From: Verrucomicrobiia bacterium
GTDB lineage: Bacteria; Methylomirabilota; Methylomirabilia; Rokubacteriales; CSP1-6
NCBI GenBank assembly: GCA_035493135.1
Contig: DATJIR010000380.1
Span: forward strand, 4,501 to 68,500
DNA length: 64,000 bases
Direction: 5' to 3'
Shown here: in pieces, positions 18,143-26,632 of the stretch
Layout: the number at the start of each line of letters is the position of its first letter
Numbering within the stretch: the first letter of the stretch is position 1
Notes under the pieces: model-generated
Database searches by the model: none
Told to the model about the DNA's origin: nothing
What the model saw: the letters and a program-made list of their open reading frames with translations, nothing else
Made by a program: the position numbers and the translations under genes

Positions 18143-19882
18143 GTGTTCTTCAAGGCGCTCGCTTGTGATTTCGACGGGACCCTCGCGGTCGATGACCGGA
18201 TCGGCCCCGCGGTGCGCGCCGCGCTCGAGCGGGCGCGACAGGCGGGTCTCCGGCTGGTGCTCGTGACCGGGCGCACCTTCTTCGAGCTCACGCGCGTGTG
18301 CGACTGCCTGGAGCTCTTCGACGGCGTGGTGGCCGAGAATGGCGCGGTGATCTACTATCCCGGCTCGTCGATGATCCGCGACCAGGGACCCCCGGTGCCC
18401 GGGCGGCTGCTCGGAGAGCTCGAGCGGCGGGGCATCTACTACCAGGTGGGCCGGGTCATCGTCGGCACCGGCCGCGGCGACGAGGCGGCGGTGCGCGAGG
18501 CGCTGGGCGCGGCCGGCGTCACCCGCGACCTGATCCCGAACCGCGCGGCCCTCATGCTCCTGCCCTCCGGCGTGTCCAAGGGCTCGGGGGTCCAGCAGGT
18601 GCTGCGCTTTCTCGAGCTCTCGCCGCACGACGTGCTGGCCCTGGGGGACGCCGAGAACGACCTCGCCCTCTTCGACGCGTGCGGCTTCAGCGCCTGCCCG
18701 GGCAACAGCATCGCGGTCGTCCGCGAGCGCGTCGACTGGGTCTTGCCGGGGGGCGCCGGCGACGACGTCGGCGCCGCGATCGTGGGGCCGGTGCTCGAGG
18801 ACCGGCTCGCGGTGCAGCAGTCCCCGCGTCACCGGATCGCCCTCGGCTGGGGCGCGACCACCAGCGAGCCGATCAAGATCCCCGCCCGCCGGATCAACCT
18901 GCTGATCCACGGCGATCCCCACTCGGGCAAGTCCTGGCTCGCGGGCGCCCTCGTGGAGCGGCTGGTCGGGGCGCGCTACGCGGTCTGCGTCATCGATCCG
19001 GAAGGGGACTACCGGGTCCTCTCACGCCTGCCCGGGGTGGCGTGGGCGGAGGTGATGGAGGCGGGCGACGTGGACGCGGCCCTCGAGCACCTCCAGCACA
19101 ACCCCGACGCCTCCGCGGTGCTGGATCTCTCCACCCGGCCCCACGCCGAGAAGGTCGTCCTGATCGAGCGAGCCCTCCGGCGCATCCGCGAGATGCGCCA
19201 GCGCTTGGGGCGTCCGCACTGGGTCCTGGTCGACGAGGCCCACTACCTGCTGCACGACGGCGGTATCGCGAGCGACGCGCTCGGCCTCGAGGACCGTGGC
19301 TTCTGCTTCGTGACGTACCGACCGCGGTGGGTGTGCGCGGCCGTCATTCAGGCGGTGGACGTGTTCGTCCTCGCGCGGACCACCGCGCTCGACGAGCTCG
19401 CCTTCCTCCGGTCGGCCTTGCCGGTCCTCGACGGAAGCGAGGCGGTGCCGGCCGTGCTCCCACGGCTGCCGCGCGGGCAGTTCCTCATCGCCCAGCGCGA
19501 CCCGGGCGGCCGGGCCACCGCGGTGACCTTCGTGGCCGCGCCGCGCCAGACCGTCCACGTACGCCACCTGACCAAGTACGTGGACTCGCACGTGCCCCCC
19601 GGCCGCGAGTTCCTGTTCCGGGATCGCCGCGATGGGCGGGTCCTCGGATCGGCCAACAGCCTGCAGGCCTTCCGGCGGGTGGTGGCCACCGCGCCCGAGG
19701 GGCCGCTCGCCTACCACGCCGAGCGCGGCGACTTCTCGCGCTGGGTCCGCGACGTCTTCGCCGACCTCGAGCTGGCGCGGCAGCTCGGCAAGGCGGAGAC
19801 GCGCTGGCGGCGCGGCGAGCTGCCGGACCTGCGCGAGGCGATCGACGCGCTGATCACGGTGCGCTACGGGGGCGACGACTAG
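18143..19882 (+). CDS. fusion protein: HAD-IIB (Cof-type) phosphatase + HerA/DUF87-like P-loop ATPase + conserved C-terminal module
   Basis: HAD motif I is ACDFDGTL, motif II LVTGR and motif IV ALGDAENDLALF. The Walker A is IHGDPHSGKSW. VCVIDPEGDY and the Walker B HWVLVDEAHYLL resemble HerA-type ATPases. The C-terminal ~150 aa was not recognised. Confidence 0.8.
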   Translation: MFFKALACDFDGTLAVDDRIGPAVRAALERARQAGLRLVLVTGRTFFELTRVCDCLELFDGVVAENGAVIYYPGSSMIRDQGPPVPGRLLGELERRGIYYQVGRVIVGTGRGDEAAVREALGAAGVTRDLIPNRAALMLLPSGVSKGSGVQQVLRFLELSPHDVLALGDAENDLALFDACGFSACPGNSIAVVRERVDWVLPGGAGDDVGAAIVGPVLEDRLAVQQSPRHRIALGWGATTSEPIKIPARRINLLIHGDPHSGKSWLAGALVERLVGARYAVCVIDPEGDYRVLSRLPGVAWAEVMEAGDVDAALEHLQHNPDASAVLDLSTRPHAEKVVLIERALRRIREMRQRLGRPHWVLVDEAHYLLHDGGIASDALGLEDRGFCFVTYRPRWVCAAVIQAVDVFVLARTTALDELAFLRSALPVLDGSEAVPAVLPRLPRGQFLIAQRDPGGRATAVTFVAAPRQTVHVRHLTKYVDSHVPPGREFLFRDRRDGRVLGSANSLQAFRRVVATAPEGPLAYHAERGDFSRWVRDVFADLELARQLGKAETRWRRGELPDLREAIDALITVRYGGDD

Positions 19883-22408
19883 GTGCCGGTCTCGGCCCCC
19901 TGGGCCCTCGGCATCGAGCAGGCCCTCGCGGGCGCCGCCGGCACCGAGCGGGGCCTCTCGGCCGCGGAGGCGGCCGCGCGACTCGCGACCCGGGGCCCCA
20001 ACGAGCTCGCGCCCCCGCCGCGCTTCGAGGCGCTCCGCGAGCTGCTCCGGTACCTGGCCAACCCGCTGGTCCTGATCCTGCTCGTGGCGAGCGTGGTCTC
20101 GGCCGCGTTCGGGCAGGTGGTCAGCGCGGTGATCATCGCGCTCATGCTGATCTTGAGCGTGGCGCTCAACTTCACGCAGGCCTACCGCTCCCAGCAGGCG
20201 GCCCGGCGCCTCCGACAGCAGGTCGGGCAGACCGCGACCGTGGTCCGCGACGGGGTCGAGCGGGAGATCCCGGTGCGCGAGGTGGTGATCGGCGACGTGA
20301 TCCACCTGAAGGCGGGCGACCTGGTGCCGGCCGATTGCCGTCTGCTCTCGATCCGGGACCTCTTCGTGAACGAGGCCCTGCTCACCGGCGAGTCGCTGCC
20401 GCGCGAGAAGCAGGCGACCCCTGGGCCGCTCCCGCCCGGCGCCGGCGGCCTGGGTGACGCGGTGACCGGGGTGTTCCGCGGCACCTCGGTGGTGAGCGGG
20501 ATCGGCGCCGCGCTGGTGGTGGCCACCGGCGGCGCCACCGAGTTCGGGCGGGTGGCCGCCGGCCTGGTCGGGCGGCCCCCCGAGACCGAGTTCGAGCGCG
20601 GCACCCGCAAGTTCGGCTTCCTCATCCTGCAGGTGGTGGTCTTCCTGGTCCTGTTCGTGTTCCTGGTCAACGCGCTCCTGCGGCGGGATTTCCTCGAGTC
20701 CTTCCTCTTCTCGGTGGCGCTCGCGGTGGGCCTCACGCCCGAGCTCCTGCCCATGATCGTGTCGGTGACCCTGTCGAGCGGCGCGGTCCGCATGGCCGGC
20801 AAGAAGGTCATCGTCAAGCAGCTCGCCGCCATCGAGAACTTCGGCAGCATGGACATCCTCTGCAGCGACAAGACCGGGACCCTCACCCACGGCGAGATCA
20901 CGGTCGACTGCCACGTCAACCTGCGGGGCGAGGACGACGAGACGGTCATCCGGCTCGCCGCGCTGAACAGCGTGTACCAGACCGGACTGCGCAGCCCGAT
21001 GGACGAGGCCATCCTGCGCCACGAGCACCCGGCGGTGACACGCTACCGGCGGATCGACGAGATCCCCTTCGACTTCCAGCGGCGCCGCGTGTCGGTGATC
21101 GTCCAGGACGGCGCGCGGCGTCTCCTGATCACGAAGGGCGCTCCCGAGAGCGTCATGCCGGTCTGCGCCGCGGTCGAGACCGCCGGGACGGCCGGGCGGC
21201 TCGACGCGGGGGCCGGCGCCGCCGCGCAGGCGCTCTTTCACCGGCTGAGCGCCGACGGCTACCGGGCGCTCGCGGTGGCGTACCGGGTGGTGGACGAGCA
21301 GCCCGGCTACGGGGTCGCCGACGAGCGGGACCTCGTCTTCGTGGGCTTCGCCGCCTTTCTCGACCCGCCCTACGAGGGCGTCGCCGATACCCTGCGTGCG
21401 CTGCGGGCGGACGGGATCGAGGTCAAGATCATCACCGGGGACAACGAGCTGGTGACCCGGAAGATCTGCCAGGAGGTCGGCCTCGACGCCGGGGAGATCG
21501 TTCTCGGGGAAGCGGTGGAGCGCATGTCGGATCCGGCGCTCGGGGCGGTGGCGGAGCGGACCCGGGTGTTCGCGCGCGTCTCCCCGATCCAGAAGAACCG
21601 GATCGTGCGGGCGCTCCACGCCCGCGGGCACGTGGTCGGCTGCGTGGGCGACGGCATCAACGACGCCCCTGCCCTGCGCTCGGCCGACGTGGGCATCTCG
21701 GTCCAGAGCGCGGTGGACGTGGCGCGGGACGCCGCCGACATCATCCTGCTCGAGAAGCGGCTGTCGGTGCTGCACGACGGGGTCGTCGAGGGGCGCCGCA
21801 GCTTCGGCAACATCATGAAGTACGTGCTGATGGGCACCAGCTCCAACTTCGGTAACATGCTCAGCATGGCCGCCGCCTCGGTCTTCCTGCCGTTCCTGCC
21901 CATGCTGCCGCTGCAGATCCTGCTCAACAACTTCCTCTACGATCTCTCCCAGGTGCCGATCCCGTCCGACCAGGTGGACGAGACCTACATGCAGAAGCCC
22001 AAGCGCTGGAACATCGCGTTCATCCGGCGCTACATGCTGGTGTTCGGTCCGCTCTCGTCCGCCTTCGACTTCCTCACCTTCGCGGTGATGCTCGGGGTGT
22101 TCCACGCCGACCCGGTCCTGTTCCGCACCGGCTGGTTCGTCGAGTCGCTCGCCACCCAGACCCTGGTGATCTTCGTGATCCGCACCGCCGATCGCCCCTG
22201 GCGGAGCCGCCCGAGCCGCGGGCTCGTCTGGGGCGTGACCGCCTGCGCGACGGTGGGCGCCCTGCTCCCGTTCACGCCGGCGGCCCCGTGGCTCGGCTTC
22301 ACGCCGCTGCCGCCGCCGTTCTTCGCGGGGCTGCTCGGCATGGTGGTGGTGTACCTGGCGCTCGTGGAGGTGGTGAAGCGCTGGTTCTATCGGCGCTATC
22401 CGATGTGA
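19883..22408 (+). CDS. mgtA: magnesium-translocating P-type ATPase
   Basis: CSDKTGTLT is the phosphorylation site. TGDNELV and VGDGINDAPALRSADVGISV are present. It has ten TM segments, and the C-terminus ...VEVVKRWFYRRYPM is typical of MgtA/MgtB. GTG 19883 directly abuts the upstream TAG. Confidence 0.9.
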   Translation: MPVSAPWALGIEQALAGAAGTERGLSAAEAAARLATRGPNELAPPPRFEALRELLRYLANPLVLILLVASVVSAAFGQVVSAVIIALMLILSVALNFTQAYRSQQAARRLRQQVGQTATVVRDGVEREIPVREVVIGDVIHLKAGDLVPADCRLLSIRDLFVNEALLTGESLPREKQATPGPLPPGAGGLGDAVTGVFRGTSVVSGIGAALVVATGGATEFGRVAAGLVGRPPETEFERGTRKFGFLILQVVVFLVLFVFLVNALLRRDFLESFLFSVALAVGLTPELLPMIVSVTLSSGAVRMAGKKVIVKQLAAIENFGSMDILCSDKTGTLTHGEITVDCHVNLRGEDDETVIRLAALNSVYQTGLRSPMDEAILRHEHPAVTRYRRIDEIPFDFQRRRVSVIVQDGARRLLITKGAPESVMPVCAAVETAGTAGRLDAGAGAAAQALFHRLSADGYRALAVAYRVVDEQPGYGVADERDLVFVGFAAFLDPPYEGVADTLRALRADGIEVKIITGDNELVTRKICQEVGLDAGEIVLGEAVERMSDPALGAVAERTRVFARVSPIQKNRIVRALHARGHVVGCVGDGINDAPALRSADVGISVQSAVDVARDAADIILLEKRLSVLHDGVVEGRRSFGNIMKYVLMGTSSNFGNMLSMAAASVFLPFLPMLPLQILLNNFLYDLSQVPIPSDQVDETYMQKPKRWNIAFIRRYMLVFGPLSSAFDFLTFAVMLGVFHADPVLFRTGWFVESLATQTLVIFVIRTADRPWRSRPSRGLVWGVTACATVGALLPFTPAAPWLGFTPLPPPFFAGLLGMVVVYLALVEVVKRWFYRRYPM

Positions 22409-22447
22409 GGGGGTAGCCCGCATCCCGCCGGGGCGGCACGGTCCCGC

Positions 22448-22467
22448 CTGGGGCGTGCGCTCCCCAG
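22448..22467. promoter_or_regulatory. candidate enhancer dyad CTGGGGCGtgcgctCCCCAG
   Basis: A perfect inverted repeat CTGGGG-N8-CCCCAG, centred about 88 bp upstream of the predicted sigma-54 start site. Confidence 0.5.
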
Positions 22468-22519
22468 CCGGCGCGGGCGCTCGTCTCGGCAAGTCGTGGA
22501 TTCCGTAGCAGAAGAGCGG

Positions 22520-22535
22520 TGGCACTTCCGTTGCA
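22520..22535 (+). promoter_or_regulatory. sigma-54 promoter (TGGCACttccgTTGCA)
   Basis: A perfect consensus. The -12 C lies 43 nt upstream of ATG 22577. Confidence 0.8.
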
Positions 22536-22576
22536 CCGTCACGAGCGGACCACTTTGCACCGAGAGGAGGAGGCTC

Positions 22577-22969
22577 ATGTCGATGCTGCACGTCGTTCAA
22601 TCCCGCAAGCCGCTGGATCGGGCCGCCAAGGATCTCGAAGCCGCGGTGACCCGCCACAAGTTCGGGGTGCTGGGGACGCACGACCTCCGGGCCAAGATGG
22701 CCGAGAAGGGCGTGTCCTTCGACCGCGAGTGCCGGATCTTCGAGGTGTGCAACCCGATCCAGGCGAAGAAGGTGCTCGACACCAACCTCGAGATCTCCAC
22801 CGCGCTGCCGTGCCGGATCTCGGTCTACGAGGAAGGCGGCGTCACCAAGCTGGCCACGATCAAGCCCACCGCGATGCTCGATCTCTACGCGACGCCGGGA
22901 CTCAAGGAGGTCGCCCGCGAGGTGGAGGTCACGCTCGAGGCGATCATGGCGGAGGCGGCGGAGAGCTGA
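22577..22969 (+). CDS. DUF302 domain protein
   Basis: MSMLHVVQS...KFGVLGTHDLRAKMAEKGVSFDRECRIFEVCNPIQAKKVL...LPCRISVYEE is the DUF302 pattern. GGAGGAGG lies 6 nt upstream of the ATG. Confidence 0.85.
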   Translation: MSMLHVVQSRKPLDRAAKDLEAAVTRHKFGVLGTHDLRAKMAEKGVSFDRECRIFEVCNPIQAKKVLDTNLEISTALPCRISVYEEGGVTKLATIKPTAMLDLYATPGLKEVAREVEVTLEAIMAEAAES

Positions 22970-22976
22970 CCGCCAG

Positions 22977-23405
22977 ATGGGGCGGTACACGTTCCTGGAG
23001 GACGTGGCGCTGGCCGACTGCGCGGTCGAGATCCAGGGCAAGTCCCTCGACGACCTCTTCGAGACCGCGGCGGCGGCCATCGCCCGCCTCATGGTGGACC
23101 CGGCCACGCTCGCGATCACCGTCGACCGGCGGATCGAGCTCGAGGCCGCCGAGCGCGACCTGCTGCTCCACGACTGGCTGTCGGAGATGATCTTCCTCAA
23201 GGACCGGGACGCGCTGGTCTTCCCGCACGCCGCGGTGCGGGTGACCGGGGAGGGGCCGTACCGGCTGATCGCCGACGTCCAGGGCGGAATCATCGATCCC
23301 CCGCGCACCGCGCTGGGGGCCGACCCCAAGGCGGTCACCTTCCACCAGTTCGCGCTCGAGCCCGTCGACGGAGGGTGGCGCGCGCGGGTGGTCATCGACA
23401 TCTAG
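22977..23405 (+). CDS. archease (RtcB activator/chaperone)
   Basis: MGRYTFLEDVALADCAVEIQG... and ...DPKAVTFHQFALEP...ARVVIDI match the archease family. Confidence 0.85.
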   Translation: MGRYTFLEDVALADCAVEIQGKSLDDLFETAAAAIARLMVDPATLAITVDRRIELEAAERDLLLHDWLSEMIFLKDRDALVFPHAAVRVTGEGPYRLIADVQGGIIDPPRTALGADPKAVTFHQFALEPVDGGWRARVVIDI

Positions 23406-23412
23406 GGAGACG

Positions 23413-24882
23413 ATGAGGATCACCGAGTCCCTGCGCGGGGCGGCCCGGCGGGTCGACGAGTGCATCTGGGAGATTCCGGCGGAGGCAAAGCCCGGCATGC
23501 TGGTGCCGGCGCGCGTCTACGCCTCGGGCCCGCTGCTCGAGCAGATGGACGACGGCGTGTTCGAGCAGGTCACAAATGTGGCATGCCTGCCCGGCATCGT
23601 CCGCGCCTCGCTCTGCATGCCCGACGGCCACTGGGGGTACGGCTTCCCGATCGGCGGGGTGGCCGCCTTCCGCGCCGACTCGGGGGTGATCTCGCCGGGC
23701 GGCATCGGGTTCGACATCAACTGCGGGATGCGGCTCGTGCGCACCGGCCTCACCGAGGCCGAGGTGCGGCCCCGCCTGCCGCAGCTGATCGAGGCGCTGT
23801 TCGGCTCGGTACCGTCCGGGGTGGGCGCGAAGGGCTTCGTGCGGCTCTCCGGGTCCGAGTTCCGGAAGGTGATGGTGGAGGGGGCCGGCTGGTGCGTGGC
23901 GCGCGGTTACGCGTGGCCCGAGGACCTCGCGCACATCGAGAGTGGCGGCTGCCTGTCCGGCGCCGATCCCGCGCACGTCAGCGCGCGGGCGCTCGAGCGG
24001 GGGATGGAGCAGCTCGGGACGCTGGGCTCCGGCAACCACTACCTGGAGATCCAGGTGGTGCGACCGGGCGCCATCCACGACGAGCGCGTGGCGCGCGTCC
24101 TCGGGGTGGACGGCCCCGGCCAGATCTTCGTCATGCTCCACTGCGGCTCGCGCGGGTTCGGGCATCAGGTCGGCACCGACTACCTCCGGATCTTCGACCG
24201 GGCGATGAAGCAGTACGGTATCAGCGTGCGGGACCGCGAGCTCGCGTGCGCGCCGTTCGCGTCGAAGGAAGGGCAGGCCTACTTCGGGGCGATGACCGCC
24301 GCGGCCAACGCCGCATTCGCCAACCGGCAAGTCATTACCCACCGCATCCGGGAAGTGTTTTCCAGGGTGTTCGGGCGGGACGCCCGCGCGCTGGGCCTCT
24401 CGGTGGTGTACGACGTCTGCCACAACACCGCCAAGCTCGAGCGCCACGTCGTGGACGGGCGGGAGCAGGAGCTGGTCGTGCACCGCAAGGGCGCCACCCG
24501 CTCCTTCGGGCCGGGCGAGCCGGACGTGCCGGCCGACTACCGGGAGGTCGGCCAGCCGGTGATCATCGGCGGCTCCATGGAGACCGGCTCCGCGCTCCTG
24601 ATCGGAACCGCGCGCGCCATGACCGAGACCTGGGGCTCGACGGCCCACGGCGCCGGCCGCACCATGTCGCGCGCGCAGGCCAAGCGTCGAGTGTGGGGCG
24701 AGACCCTGATCAAGAGCATGGCGGAGCGCGGGATCGTCGTGCGCGCAGCGTCAAAGTCCGGCGTGGCCGAGGAAGCCGGGTTCGCCTACAAGGACCTCAC
24801 CGCGGTGGTCGACACCTTGCATCGCCTTGATCTCTCCCGCCCCGTGGTCTCGCTCGCGCCCATCGGCAACATCAAGGGCTGA
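23413..24882 (+). CDS. rtcB: RNA-splicing ligase RtcB
   Basis: MPDGHWGYGFPIGGVAAF, GGIGFDINCGMRL, GSGNHYLEIQ, HCGSRGFGHQ and HNTAKLE are metal- and GMP-histidine-site motifs of RtcB. Confidence 0.95.
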   Translation: MRITESLRGAARRVDECIWEIPAEAKPGMLVPARVYASGPLLEQMDDGVFEQVTNVACLPGIVRASLCMPDGHWGYGFPIGGVAAFRADSGVISPGGIGFDINCGMRLVRTGLTEAEVRPRLPQLIEALFGSVPSGVGAKGFVRLSGSEFRKVMVEGAGWCVARGYAWPEDLAHIESGGCLSGADPAHVSARALERGMEQLGTLGSGNHYLEIQVVRPGAIHDERVARVLGVDGPGQIFVMLHCGSRGFGHQVGTDYLRIFDRAMKQYGISVRDRELACAPFASKEGQAYFGAMTAAANAAFANRQVITHRIREVFSRVFGRDARALGLSVVYDVCHNTAKLERHVVDGREQELVVHRKGATRSFGPGEPDVPADYREVGQPVIIGGSMETGSALLIGTARAMTETWGSTAHGAGRTMSRAQAKRRVWGETLIKSMAERGIVVRAASKSGVAEEAGFAYKDLTAVVDTLHRLDLSRPVVSLAPIGNIKG

Positions 24883-24887
24883 GGCGG

Positions 24888-24907
24888 GGCGGCGGGGCAT
24901 CGCCGCC
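24888..24907 (+). terminator. GC hairpin after rtcB (ggcggcg-gggcat-cgccgcc)
   Basis: A 7-bp perfect stem with a 6-nt loop, 6 nt after the stop. There is no U-tract, so its function is uncertain. Confidence 0.35.
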
Positions 24908-24991
24908 TCAACCGGGAGCGAGCCGCCCCAGCCGGACGAGACCGGCTCCGTCCAAGGTCCCGTTTTCCCGCGCACGCTTCTTCGGGTTGCG

Positions 24992-25007
24992 TGGCACTTG
25001 GATTGCA
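24992..25007 (+). promoter_or_regulatory. sigma-54 promoter (TGGCACttggaTTGCA)
   Basis: A perfect consensus. The -12 C lies 40 nt upstream of ATG 25046. Confidence 0.8.
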
Positions 25008-25045
25008 TCCCTCTGCACGGGGTCATCTACCAAAAGGAGAAAGCC

Positions 25046-25603
25046 ATGAGGCAAGTCGTCGCTGTCATGCTCGGTCTCGGAATCATCGCGCTCACGACGC
25101 CTGCAGTGGTTCGCGCCGCGGACCAATGTCCGGCGGAGCTGGCCCAGGCCCAGGCTGCGCTCAAGAGCGCCCAGGCCAAGACCCAGGACATCCAGTCTCC
25201 ACGCGGTCAGGCGAGCGCGCGGTCGCAGGAGACCCAGTCACCGCGCTCCCAGGCGGGCGCCCGGTCGCAAGACATCCAGGCGCCGCGGCAGCAGGAGATC
25301 CAGGCGCCTCGCAGCCAGCAGGACATCCAGGCGCCGCGGCAGCAGGAGATCCAGGCGCCCCGCAGCCAGCATGACATCCAGGCGCCGCGGCAGCAGGAGA
25401 TCCAGGCGCCTCGCAGCCAGCAGGACATCCAGGCGCCGCGGCAGCAGGAGATCCAGGCTCCTCGCAGCCAGCAGGACATCCAGGCGCCGCGGGTGAAGCA
25501 GGCCACCGCGCTCGTGCGTCAGTCGGAGGCCGCGTGTAAGAAGGGTGACATGGCCCTCTCGACCAAGAAGGCTCGCGAAGCCCTCGGTCTCCTCAAGAAG
25601 TAG
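25046..25603 (+). CDS. secreted Gln/Pro/Arg-rich tandem-repeat protein (185 aa)
   Basis: AAGGAGA lies 6 nt upstream. The signal peptide is MRQVVAVMLGLGIIALTTPAVVRA/AD. About eleven [DE][IT]Q[AS]PR units are flanked by two helical segments, each with one Cys. Confidence 0.75.
   Translation: MRQVVAVMLGLGIIALTTPAVVRAADQCPAELAQAQAALKSAQAKTQDIQSPRGQASARSQETQSPRSQAGARSQDIQAPRQQEIQAPRSQQDIQAPRQQEIQAPRSQHDIQAPRQQEIQAPRSQQDIQAPRQQEIQAPRSQQDIQAPRVKQATALVRQSEAACKKGDMALSTKKAREALGLLKK
25271..25492. repeat. 4.4 copies of a 51-bp in-frame tandem repeat (gacatccaggcgccgcggcagcaggagatccaggcgcctcgcagccagcag)
   Basis: Unit starts were read at 25271, 25322, 25373, 25424 and 25475. The copies differ by 1-3 nt. 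Each encodes DIQAPRQQEIQAPRSQQ. Confidence 0.95.
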
Positions 25604-25616
25604 TTGGAGGGACCAC

Positions 25617-26006
25617 ATGACCACGCTCAGCTTCTACCGGCGGGTGATCGACGAGACGGGACAGGCTAACCGCGCGGCGGCCAAGATCGGGTCCGCGGCC
25701 GTCCTTCACGCCCTGCGGGACCGCCTCCTGCCGACGGAGGCGGCGCAGGCGGTCGCTCAGCTGCCGCGCCCGCTCAAGGAGGCGTGGAAGGCCGGGGAGG
25801 TGCCGGGTCGCAAGCCGATCAAGATGAATCGCCAGGAGTTCTACGATCGGGTCAGGCGGGAGGCGGGCCTCAAGACCATTCGCGAGGCGCGCTTCCTCAC
25901 CATAGGCGTCTTCGCGGCGCTCAAGGAGCAGCTCTCGCCCGGCGAGGCCGACGACGTGTGCGCGCAGCTGCCCCGCGATCTCAAGGACGTCTGGGAGGAC
26001 GCGTGA
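25617..26006 (+). CDS. DUF2267 domain protein
   Basis: It has two repeats of the DUF2267 pattern (...AVLHALRDRLLPTEAAQAVAQLPRPLKEAW... and ...IGVFAALKEQLSPGEADDVCAQLPRDLKDVW). GGAGGG lies upstream of ATG 25617. Confidence 0.75.
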   Translation: MTTLSFYRRVIDETGQANRAAAKIGSAAVLHALRDRLLPTEAAQAVAQLPRPLKEAWKAGEVPGRKPIKMNRQEFYDRVRREAGLKTIREARFLTIGVFAALKEQLSPGEADDVCAQLPRDLKDVWEDA

Positions 26007-26425
26007 TGGTCTCCCCGCCGACCGCGCTGGCCGCTCCGGTGGAGACCGTGATGAGGCGGGGGATCGTGCAGATCATCGAGGCGATCCCGATGGCGGAGGT
26101 CCGTAACGTCGCGGGCAGGTACGACTACAACGCCTTTCCGGTCGTCACTCGCGAGGGCCGGCTGGTGGGCATGGTCACCAAAGGTGACCTCCTGCGGGTC
26201 GCGTGCCTGGCCCTCGAGGACCCCGGGATCTGGCAGCAGCCGGTGTCGCGGTTCATGGCCCACGGGATCCTGGCCCTGCGTCCGACGGACTCGCTGGCCT
26301 CCGCGGTCGAGTACCTGACCGAAGCCAAGCTCCGGAGCCTGCCCGTCATCGACGACGAGCAGCGGATCGTCGGCATGGTCTCCCGCAACGACCTGATGGA
26401 CGCCATCGCGCCGGCCGCGGCGTGA
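26006..26425 (+). CDS. CBS-pair domain protein
   Basis: The two CBS repeats are ...YNAFPVVTREGRLVGMVTKGDLL and LRSLPVIDDEQRIVGMVSRNDLM. ATG 26006 shares one base with the upstream TGA. Confidence 0.85.
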   Translation: MVSPPTALAAPVETVMRRGIVQIIEAIPMAEVRNVAGRYDYNAFPVVTREGRLVGMVTKGDLLRVACLALEDPGIWQQPVSRFMAHGILALRPTDSLASAVEYLTEAKLRSLPVIDDEQRIVGMVSRNDLMDAIAPAAA

Positions 26426-26442
26426 TCGGCGGGTGAGGTCTC

Positions 26443-26462
26443 GGCCCGGCTCAATCCGGGCC
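26443..26462 (+). terminator. GC hairpin (ggcccgg-ctcaat-ccgggcc) after the CBS gene
   Basis: A 7-bp perfect stem with a 6-nt loop, 18 nt after the stop. A second hairpin lies at 26544-26561. There is no U-tract. Confidence 0.4.
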
Positions 26463-26562
26463 GCTGCCCCAGATGTCGAACATCAGCCGCAGCCGGTGGG
26501 GCCGCCCCCCGCGCGCGTACGGCGCGCTCGATCGCCTTAGAATCGGGGCCCACCGGCCCCGA

Positions 26563-26582
26563 CTGAGGCGTGTTCTCCTCAC
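26563..26582. promoter_or_regulatory. candidate enhancer dyad CTGAGGCGtgttctCCTCAC
   Basis: The same element type as at 22448, 5613 and 33097, centred about 87 bp upstream of the predicted sigma-54 start site. Confidence 0.45.
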
Positions 26583-26632
26583 GCGCCCGCGCGGCGGCGA
26601 CGCCAACGTCCCGATTCTTCAGCCTTGCCGCA

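Noticed and set aside
19022-23401. A 1459-aa ORF on the minus strand spanning the HAD-ATPase, mgtA, DUF302 and archease genes
   Set aside because: The translation is an R/G/P/A/H-rich low-complexity string with no motifs. It is antisense to four genes with clear family signatures, which makes it a typical GC-rich shadow ORF.
24879-24886. A CTGAGGCG half-site upstream of the repeat-protein promoter as a fifth enhancer dyad (also GTGGGGCA near 18041)
   Set aside because: The matching CCNCAS half is absent at the N6 spacing, and the distance to the promoter differs. In this GC content a single 8-mer is expected by chance.
25271-25492. A CRISPR-like regular repeat
   Set aside because: The 51-bp units are directly adjacent with no spacers. 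They are in frame inside a signal-peptide-containing ORF, and no cas genes are present. This is a coding tandem repeat.
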